Assembly (NCBI GenBank): GCA_028718185.1
Contig: JAQUMH010000003.1
Coordinates: 8,961 to 72,960, forward strand
From: Elusimicrobiota bacterium
Lineage (GTDB): Bacteria > Elusimicrobiota > UBA8919
Direction: 5' to 3'
Length of the DNA stretch: 64,000 bases
This document shows, piece after piece, positions 57,395-64,000 of the stretch (the first letter of the stretch is position 1; each line of letters begins with the position of its first letter). A program made the position numbers and the translations under genes. Under the pieces are notes generated by a model that searched no databases, was not told where the DNA came from, and was given only the letters and a program-made list of their open reading frames with translations.

Positions 57395-57810
57395 GCTTAA
57401 TTTGTTGTACCGGAATTTGAAAGATTTAGGCAGAGCAAGCCTGCCTAACGGTAGTCAGGCTCTGCCACTACAATGTTGATGTAGTTGCCGACTTGCTTGC
57501 CGATAGGGCCAAAGTATTAGTGGTGGAGTCGGCATTAACATGTTGTATAGGAATTTCAATGATATCACGCCAAAGGGCGTGAAACTACAACTGTTTTTGT
57601 TTAAAACCTACTTGGTAGTTGCCCGCCAACGGTTCAGTGGCGGGCTTAACTTAATGTATAAGAATTTCAATGTTATAGATTCCCGATTAAGACGCTCGGG
57701 AATGACAATCTTTCCGTGTGTGTCATTCCCGCGAAAGCGGGAATCTAACTCGGTGTATAGGAATTTCAATGTTTGTAGTTGCACGTCTTGGCGTGCCTAA
57801 CTTGTTTATA
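57395..57810 (+). repeat. Composite tandem array: a conserved ~27-nt linker (TTAAC..TGTATAGGAATTTCAATG) alternating with GTAGT-type hairpin modules
   Basis: Linker copies lie at 57395-57423, 57535-57561, 57646-57672 and 57745-57771, spaced 140/111/99 nt. The intervening segments are self-complementary hairpins, e.g. GCCCGCCAACGGTTCAGTGGCGGGC, TTCCCGCGAAAGCGGGAA and GCACGTCTTGGCGTGC. Confidence 0.8.
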
Positions 57811-57815
57811 TTATT

Positions 57816-59702
57816 ATGGCTAATGCATCGGAAAGACGTAAATTTAAAAGATTTTCTTTGATTGAAGGAATGGCTGAACCGGTTGAAGTGTTTTTTCCGC
57901 CACCATTCTATCAGGGACCGATTGTAGGTAAAATTGTTGATATTTCTTCGGGTGGCATAGGAATGATTACAAGTGAGCCTGTGCCGAAGTTCTTTATATT
58001 TTCACTGCATATCGGATTGTCCGGAATTCCGTCGTTTGATGTAAAAGGTAAAGTAGTTCGTCTTGAAAATAAAAATAGCCAGTATTATACAGGTATTTCA
58101 TTTACTGAAATTGACGGTAATACTGCCGAGGTGCTGAAAAATATTGCTGAAGATAACGATAAATGCGATAAAAAAAGAGCGGAAGGACAAAAAGATTTCT
58201 GTTTTGAAGAATGCAAGTTTGCTTCTTTATGCGGTAAAAAAGAGAAATTAACAAAACTGCAAAATGCAAAGCAAACAACATCTAAAATTGATTTAAAAGA
58301 TGTTAAGGAGCAGAAAATGGCTGAAAAAAATGAAGAGAAAAAGGTATCTTCAACTGAGGATACCGAGAAAACAGTATTGTTGCCTCCGGTTCCGGATGCT
58401 AAAGTAGAAAAGACACAAATATTATCACCTGAAGAAAAACCCAAAGCAACCCCGAAAGAATCTGTAGAAAAAACAGTTTTGCTGACTCCTGCTGAGTTGT
58501 TATCTGCAAGAGGTGCGAAATCAAAAGCCGATATTGTGCCTGAAAAAAAATCGTCATCAGATAACACTGAAAAAACCGTTCTATTAACTCCCAAAGAACT
58601 GTCATCTGCAAGAGGTGTACAATCAAAAGTCGGAATTGCGTCTGAAAAAACTGCATCAACTGAAGATGAAAGACCCGTTATATTGCCTCCAATGACAACT
58701 AAAAGCGTTAAAAGAAAAATTAATCCTGTTTTCTATGTTTTACTGGTTTTAATTTTTGTTGCGATAGCCGGATTTATATATAAGGGTAAGATAGCCGGAT
58801 TTATCGCTGCCGGTGCAGATAAAAAACTAAGTGCAGGTAATTACCAGGAAGCAATAAAAAACTATAAGATTGCACTTATGATTGAGCCTGAAAATATGAA
58901 TGTACGTGTAAAATTGGCAGAATCATACGCTATGATGAAAATGTATAACGAGTCAGAGACAGAGTATATCAAGATATTGAAAATTAATCCGGCTATGTTT
59001 GATGCTCTTCTTGGTTTTGGTAAATTATATGCCAATCTTAACCGTAATAGAGAAGCGATTGTATATCTTGAAAAAGCCAAATCCGCATCGCCCCAGGATT
59101 GGGACACAAAAATTAATTTAGGTATGTGTTATGAAAAAGAAAAAAAATATGATAAAGCGCTCATGGAATTTTCCGGTATTGTTGCAGGTTCAAAATTACC
59201 GGATGAAGCATATTTGTCTATCGCCAGGTGTTTGGGAATAACAGGGTTACCTAAACAAGCAATTCCATTTATGGGTAAAACGCTTTTGCCAAAAACTGCA
59301 ACTGAATATTTTGAAATGGGTATTGGTAAAAGTGAAAAAGAACCTGAAGAAGCAATTGTGCACTTTATAGAAGCGCTTGTAAAAAAGAATAATTTTGCAG
59401 AAGCATATGAATGGCTTGGGCTACTATACAAAAAGAAAAATTTAAACGATAGTTCGGTTAAGGCATATATTATTGCATCGGAAATAAATCCCAATTCAGC
59501 AAGAGTATGTTTTAAGCTTGCACAAATATATGCAACTAATAAAGATTCAGCAAACGCGATTGCACAACTTGGTAAAGCCATTTCTTTGGACACAACATAT
59601 GTTGAAACGGCAAAGAAAACAGCCGAATTCAGCGAATTGCAAAAGACCGCAGAATTTAAAAAACTATTGAAAGTTAAAAAAAGTAATGTCAAGAAAAAAT
59701 AA
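57816..59702 (+). CDS. PilZ-domain protein with a repeat-rich K/E/S linker, one TM segment and C-terminal TPR repeats
   Basis: 'RRKFKR' (RxxxR) plus 'DISSGGIG' (D/NxSxxG) is the canonical PilZ c-di-GMP binding pair. Tandem 'EKTVLLTP.EL.SARG..SK' repeats follow. The TM is 'VFYVLLVLIFVAIAGFIY'. At least 6 TPR-like repeats follow that. Confidence 0.85.
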   Translation: MANASERRKFKRFSLIEGMAEPVEVFFPPPFYQGPIVGKIVDISSGGIGMITSEPVPKFFIFSLHIGLSGIPSFDVKGKVVRLENKNSQYYTGISFTEIDGNTAEVLKNIAEDNDKCDKKRAEGQKDFCFEECKFASLCGKKEKLTKLQNAKQTTSKIDLKDVKEQKMAEKNEEKKVSSTEDTEKTVLLPPVPDAKVEKTQILSPEEKPKATPKESVEKTVLLTPAELLSARGAKSKADIVPEKKSSSDNTEKTVLLTPKELSSARGVQSKVGIASEKTASTEDERPVILPPMTTKSVKRKINPVFYVLLVLIFVAIAGFIYKGKIAGFIAAGADKKLSAGNYQEAIKNYKIALMIEPENMNVRVKLAESYAMMKMYNESETEYIKILKINPAMFDALLGFGKLYANLNRNREAIVYLEKAKSASPQDWDTKINLGMCYEKEKKYDKALMEFSGIVAGSKLPDEAYLSIARCLGITGLPKQAIPFMGKTLLPKTATEYFEMGIGKSEKEPEEAIVHFIEALVKKNNFAEAYEWLGLLYKKKNLNDSSVKAYIIASEINPNSARVCFKLAQIYATNKDSANAIAQLGKAISLDTTYVETAKKTAEFSELQKTAEFKKLLKVKKSNVKKK

Positions 59703-59746
59703 AAACTTTCGGTTTCCTAAAAAAATATCATCCATTAATAATTTAC

Positions 59747-59775
59747 TTGACAAACATTATGTTTTTTAGTTAAAT
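59747..59775 (+). promoter_or_regulatory. Candidate promoter for the antiporter-like gene cluster
   Basis: TTGACA (59747-59752), a 17-nt spacer, then TTAAAT (59770-59775). The -10 element is weak. Confidence 0.3.
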
Positions 59776-59866
59776 GTAAAACTTCTTTAACAGAATATTT
59801 GTTTTTACAAATTTTTTTAAATTCCCACAAAGCAAACTAACTGGTTAGATACTCTCTAAAGTAATT

Positions 59867-61312
59867 ATGAAAAACGAGTTTTTACTTTTTTGTATTGTTT
59901 TTGTTCCGGTGTTGGGTTCATTTATCTTACCGCTTGCCGGTAACTTCTCTCAAAAGATAAGAAACATACTTGCCTTAGTTTTTGTTTTAGTTTCCTTAAT
60001 ATTTTCAGCGATACTTTTACCGAAAGTTGCGTCCGGTGAAATCATTACAATAAATTATCCTTTATTATTAGGTATGAGTTTTATACTTCATGCCGATATG
60101 CTTGCTGTTTTCATGGCGATTGCATCATCGTTAATCGGTGCAGTAATAGTTCTTTACTCATTCGGTTATATAAGCCATTATAAAAATCAGAATGAATATT
60201 ATCTGATGGTTGTTCTGTTTCTCGGCTCAATGATGGGGCTTGTTTTTTCAGGTAATTTGATTTTCTTGTTCTTGTTCTGGGAGATTACTACAATAGCATG
60301 CTGGCGGTTAATAGGATTTTTCAGGGAGAGAATTCACGTCCTACGGGCTGACAAAGCTTTTTTAATAACAGTTTTCGGTGCTTTAATAATGCTTATCGGG
60401 TTTGTTATGTTATATAATGAAACAGGCTCATTTGATTTATTAGTTATTAAAGATGTCTTAAAAGGTAATCCGGTATCAAACATTGCTGTAATGTTGATTT
60501 TATTCGGCATACTTTCAAAATCGGCTACATTGCCGTTCCATACCTGGTTACCCGATGCCGGTGTAGCGCCTTCCCCTGTTACCGCATTACTCCATGCCGC
60601 AGTGTTGGTTAAAATCGGGGTATATGTTTTTGCCAGGTTATTCATTGCTACCTTTACATTAGATGTAATGTGGCATACGGTTGTTCCGGTAATAGCCGGG
60701 TTAAGCATGCTTATTTCAGCCGGTGCGGCATTTATTGAAACAGATTTAAAACGGATAATAGCATATTCAACAATCAGCCAGATTGGTTTTATTTTTCTCG
60801 GACTTTCAACAGGTAATGAAATAGGTATTGCAGGCGGTCTTCTATATATTCTCATGCATGGTTTGGCAAAAGGCGGCTTGTTTCTTTGTGCCGGTATAGT
60901 TGAACAGAATACCGGAACTAAAGATATCACAAAATTAGGCGGCTTAATGAAAGTTATGCCGATAACAGCGGTATCATTTCTGTTTTGTGCATTTTCTGTT
61001 ATGGGTATCCCGCCATTTGGCGGGTTTTTCAGTAAATATATGGTTATTACAGGCGCAGTCGTCAATAACCAGTTAGCGATTGCCCTGACTTTTTTTGCAG
61101 GAGCTATTCTAACAATATTATATCTTTTAAGAGTTTTTATGACGGTCTTTCTTGGTGATTTAAAAACTGATTTAGTAAAAGAAAAATCAGCTACTATGGT
61201 TTTCAGCGTAGCGTTTCTTGCATTCCTGTCGCTTGCAGGCGGTATTTTTATAAAATATCCGGCTGATTTTGTAGCATTAACAGTCCAGCAGATGTTAGGG
61301 ATTATTAAATGA
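59867..61312 (+). CDS. Proton-conducting membrane transporter subunit (complex I NuoM/N, Mrp MnhD, Hyf-type antiporter-like)
   Basis: Polytopic membrane protein. 'SKSATLPFHTWLPDAGVAPSPVTALLHAAVLVKIGVY' is the hallmark of the Proton_antipo_M family. The stop overlaps the next start in ATGA. Confidence 0.88.
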   Translation: MKNEFLLFCIVFVPVLGSFILPLAGNFSQKIRNILALVFVLVSLIFSAILLPKVASGEIITINYPLLLGMSFILHADMLAVFMAIASSLIGAVIVLYSFGYISHYKNQNEYYLMVVLFLGSMMGLVFSGNLIFLFLFWEITTIACWRLIGFFRERIHVLRADKAFLITVFGALIMLIGFVMLYNETGSFDLLVIKDVLKGNPVSNIAVMLILFGILSKSATLPFHTWLPDAGVAPSPVTALLHAAVLVKIGVYVFARLFIATFTLDVMWHTVVPVIAGLSMLISAGAAFIETDLKRIIAYSTISQIGFIFLGLSTGNEIGIAGGLLYILMHGLAKGGLFLCAGIVEQNTGTKDITKLGGLMKVMPITAVSFLFCAFSVMGIPPFGGFFSKYMVITGAVVNNQLAIALTFFAGAILTILYLLRVFMTVFLGDLKTDLVKEKSATMVFSVAFLAFLSLAGGIFIKYPADFVALTVQQMLGIIK

Positions 61313-63129
61313 TTAATATATTAATATTATTGCCTTTTATAGCAGGTTTACTGGTTTTTGCGATACCGAAGTCAATTCGCAAGACGTCCGGTTTCCTTGC
61401 ATTATTAGTAACATTAGTAGATCTTTATTTTACCATTATACTTTTTAAAACAAATATAATGTCCTCGGTTCCCTGGGCGGGTTTTGGTATAGAGTTCTCG
61501 TTAAGATTAGACCATTTCAGCAGTTTCATAATTCTTGCTGTTGCTTCATTCTGTGTTTTAGTTACTTTATATTCTATAACTTTCATGAAGGACAAGGACA
61601 ATTCAAGCCAGTTTTTTGCATACATGCTGATTTCGCTTGCTATGACAAACGGTGCTGTTCTTGCAAATAACCTTGTAGTAATGTTGTTCTTCTGGGAAGG
61701 TTTACTGGTTACATTATTTGCAATGATACTTATCGGAAGTAAAGCAGCATTCAAAACAGCAGTTAAAGCGCTTGTGCTGGTAGGTATTTCTGACTTATGT
61801 TTGATGATTGGTATAGGGCTTACCGGACACCTGTCGGGTACTTTAACAATGTCAAGCATTAAACTTAATTTAGATTCGCTTGGCGGGTTAGCGTTCATAT
61901 TTTTGATGATAGGAGCGATTTCCAAAGCGGGTTCCATGCCGTTCCATAGCTGGATTCCGGATGCCGCAGTAGATGCCCATCTTCCTTTCATGGCACTTCT
62001 GCCGGCAGCCCTTGAAAAATTGCTCGGCATATATTTTCTTGCCAGAATTTCGCTTGAAATGTTCAATCTTACGCCTTCTTCATGGATATCTGTGTTACTT
62101 ATGGTAATCGGCGGTATAACAATCCTATTTGCTGTTATGATGGCACTGATACAAAAAGATTATAAAAGATTATTGTCGTATCATGCAATAAGCCAGGTTG
62201 GTTATATGATTTTGGGTATTGGAACTGCCGTGCCTGTTGGTATTGTCGGCGGGTTGTTCCATATGATAAACCATGCAATGTATAAAAGCTGCTTGTTTCT
62301 TACAGGTGGTTCTGTAGAAAGACAGGCAGGTACAACAGATTTAAAGAAGCTTGGCGGATTAGGCTCGAAAATGCCTATTACTTTTGCTTGTTTTATTGTT
62401 GCAGCAGCAGCTATATCCGGTGTCCCGCCGTTTAACGGTTTCTTTTCCAAAGAACTGATTTACGACGGTGCGCTTGAAAGAGGACTTATATTCTATATTA
62501 TGGCTGTTGCCGGCTCGTTTTTCACTGCAGCATCGTTTTTAAAGTTAGGACATTCTGTTTATGCCGGTAAGATAAAAGATGAAAATAAAAATGTGAAAGA
62601 AGCGCCGTTAACAATGCTGATACCTATGATTGTTATCGCTTGTGTATGTATCCTGTTCGGTGTATATAATTCATTACCATTAAAGCATTTAATCCAGCCC
62701 ATTCTTGGCGAACGTTTGGAAGGCCATAGTTTTTCAGGTTGGCCGGCTAATATGACAATCGTGGTAGTTACAGTGATAGTGTTAATCGCTGCATTGTTAA
62801 ACCATCTTTTTGGTGTTAAAAAATCCGGCAGCGGCTTGGGTTCGGTTGACCATATACACTATGCTCCCGGGTTATCTTATATATATGCTCAAGCGGAAAA
62901 ACGATATTTTGACCCTTACGATATAGGACTAAAAATAGTAGGTTTTCTTTCTATAATATTATTCGGTTTGGATAGGATAATTAACTGGTTTTACGATGTG
63001 TTTGTTGTAAAGCTGACTTATTTCTTCACCGGAGTTATAAAAGCACTTCATAACGGAGATTATGCAATGTATCTTTCCTGGTCACTTATAGGAACGATAA
63101 TCATAATAATCTACATAGTTATGAGGTAA
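61309..63129 (+). CDS. Proton-conducting membrane transporter subunit (NuoL/MnhA-like, longer form)
   Basis: 'SKAGSMPFHSWIPDAAVDAHLPFMALLPAALEKLLGIY' and 'YHAISQVGYMILGIG' are present. At 606 aa it has a C-terminal extension, as in L-type subunits. Confidence 0.88.
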   Translation: MINILILLPFIAGLLVFAIPKSIRKTSGFLALLVTLVDLYFTIILFKTNIMSSVPWAGFGIEFSLRLDHFSSFIILAVASFCVLVTLYSITFMKDKDNSSQFFAYMLISLAMTNGAVLANNLVVMLFFWEGLLVTLFAMILIGSKAAFKTAVKALVLVGISDLCLMIGIGLTGHLSGTLTMSSIKLNLDSLGGLAFIFLMIGAISKAGSMPFHSWIPDAAVDAHLPFMALLPAALEKLLGIYFLARISLEMFNLTPSSWISVLLMVIGGITILFAVMMALIQKDYKRLLSYHAISQVGYMILGIGTAVPVGIVGGLFHMINHAMYKSCLFLTGGSVERQAGTTDLKKLGGLGSKMPITFACFIVAAAAISGVPPFNGFFSKELIYDGALERGLIFYIMAVAGSFFTAASFLKLGHSVYAGKIKDENKNVKEAPLTMLIPMIVIACVCILFGVYNSLPLKHLIQPILGERLEGHSFSGWPANMTIVVVTVIVLIAALLNHLFGVKKSGSGLGSVDHIHYAPGLSYIYAQAEKRYFDPYDIGLKIVGFLSIILFGLDRIINWFYDVFVVKLTYFFTGVIKALHNGDYAMYLSWSLIGTIIIIIYIVMR

Positions 63130-63132
63130 TTG

Positions 63133-63302
63133 TGTAGTAGCACCGCCTTGCGGTGCTGATATTTTTGTTTTGTATGTAGTGGCTTGCCCTTGGCAAGCCA
63201 GCCGTAGATTTTGACAAATAGTTGTAGTCGCAGAGCTTGCTCTGCTGCTGTTAGCCGCCTTGTAGTGCCATAATTAAGCACGCCAAGGGCGTGCACTACA
63301 AT
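63133..63302 (+). repeat. Cluster of four GTAGT-type REP-like hairpins between antiporter-like genes
   Basis: The four units are TGTAGTAGCACCGCCTTGCGGTGC, TGTAGTGGCTTGCCCTTGGCAAGCC, TTGTAGTCGCAGAGCTTGCTCTGCTGCTGTT (the 33-nt stretch at 63220-63252, which adds one upstream A, is identical to 52334-52366), and one inverted unit, GCACGCCAAGGGCGTGCACTACAA. Confidence 0.8.
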
Positions 63303-63326
63303 TACAAAGGAAAAAAGCAACCATTT

Positions 63327-64000
63327 ATGATAGCATTATTTATTTTAATACCATTAGTCAGTGTCCTGATACTAAATTTATGTCATTGCGATTTTGTTAA
63401 AAAAATAGCGTGCTGGTTTGGTATGTTATTGACATTGGTACAGATTTATTTTGTGTTGTTTGTTCCGATAGATATATTGAACAACCAGTCAGCGTTATTC
63501 GGGACAAATTTTGCTTTCAATCTTACCATTGATAGTTTATCTAAATTGATGCTGCTGGCAATAGGCATAGTTGTTTTTTCTGCTATTATGATCGGACAAT
63601 TTACTTATCATGATGAAGACCAGAAATTTAATTTTGCAAATTTAATTATGCTCACATTGGCAGGTATGAACGGTGTTGTAATGGTAACAGATATATTTTC
63701 ACTATATGTATTCATTGAAATTGTCGCAGTTTCTTCCTTCATATTAATATCAATATACAAAGATAAAGCGGCTTTGGAAAGCGCTTTTAAATATATAGTC
63801 CTTTCAGTTACAGCTACATTGTTTATACTTTTGTCAATTTCAATCTTTATGTTGATTTCCGGTGACACATCTTTTATAGCTATTAATAATGCAACCAAAA
63901 ATTCAGCAGGTAGTTTAAAGATTACAATTGCGATTTGTCTTTTTATCTGCGGTGCTTTTACCAAAGGCGGGCTTGTCCCGTTCCATAGCTGGCTGCCCGA
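63327..64000 (+). CDS. Third proton-conducting membrane transporter subunit, 3'-truncated by the window edge
   Basis: Not in the ORF track because no stop is reached. My own translation from ATG 63327 is open to the window end: MIALFILIPLVSVLILNL...LTLAGMNGVVMVTDIFSLYVFIEIVAVSSF...TKGGLVPFHSWLPD. The final PFHSWLPD is the family hallmark. The antisense ORF 63608..63964 is therefore spurious. Confidence 0.85.
   Translation, partial: MIALFILIPLVSVLILNLCHCDFVKKIACWFGMLLTLVQIYFVLFVPIDILNNQSALFGTNFAFNLTIDSLSKLMLLAIGIVVFSAIMIGQFTYHDEDQKFNFANLIMLTLAGMNGVVMVTDIFSLYVFIEIVAVSSFILISIYKDKAALESAFKYIVLSVTATLFILLSISIFMLISGDTSFIAINNATKNSAGSLKITIAICLFICGAFTKGGLVPFHSWLP

Noticed and set aside
57540-57800. 86-aa ORF in the repeat array. 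Similar small ORFs occur at 20015-20206, 28253-28438, 40431-40634, 40802-40987, 52193-52396, 63111-63320 and 16056-16343
   Set aside because: All overlap repeat hairpins, the leader RNA core, the riboswitch region or neighbouring real genes. None has an RBS or a credible protein-like sequence.
57395-57810. Possible CRISPR array (constant ~27-nt units separated by variable sequence)
   Set aside because: Spacing is irregular at 99-140 nt and the repeats are degenerate. The 'spacers' are self-complementary hairpins that recur elsewhere in the window. No cas genes are present.
60334-62450. Antisense ORFs of 243, 213 and 82 aa inside the antiporter-like genes
   Set aside because: The + strand frames carry unmistakable Proton_antipo_M hallmarks. 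The antisense frames are typical shadows of hydrophobic-codon-rich genes.
1-64000. Transposases, integrases, prophage genes, tRNA or rRNA genes
   Set aside because: No ORF shows DDE, tyrosine or serine recombinase motifs. No cloverleaf-like or rRNA-like sequence was recognised in the intergenic regions on reading. tRNAscan or Infernal should confirm.

Overview
AT-rich window from an apparently uncultivated, non-model bacterium. All calls come from reading the ORF track and sequence by eye, with no database searches. Nearly all real genes are on the + strand.

Part 1, about 1-40.5 kb, is a glycan/adhesion island. It holds four giant secreted multidomain proteins, one cut by the window edge and one 3198 aa long. 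They combine FG-GAP/VCBS, Ig-like, CBM6-like, CHB_HEX_C-like, Fn3, LamG and discoidin modules, and all end in a FlgD-Ig/T9SS type-A-like C-terminal domain. Smaller CBM6 proteins, putative glycoside-hydrolase-like proteins, three AraC regulators, a non-Pyl MttB-family methyltransferase and a PorV-like outer-membrane barrel sit between them.

Part 2, about 40.9-59.7 kb, is the most unusual region. A sigma70-like promoter and a c-di-GMP-I (GEMM-I) riboswitch precede a same-strand gene set. It encodes:
- a PorV-like barrel fused to TPRs
- a two-TM protein with a FliF/SctJ-like periplasmic part and a clear FliG-like cytoplasmic domain, with no other flagellar genes in the window
- a 1163-aa coiled-coil protein
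- an Fn3 protein with a T9SS type-B C-terminal domain
- a PorV-like barrel fused to LysM
- a soluble kinase-like ATPase
- a TPR-TM-propeller protein
- a REC-GGDEF protein with the motif GGDNF
- a PilZ-TM-TPR protein

Part 3, 59.9-64 kb, has three tandem complex-I/Mrp-type antiporter-like subunits.

Intergenic DNA is packed with several repeat families: 7-8-nt periodic palindromes, GTAGT-hairpin REP-like units, and a composite hairpin array. There is also a duplicated ~0.58-kb structured leader RNA with a compensatory base-pair change. No rRNA, tRNA, CRISPR array or transposase was recognised.
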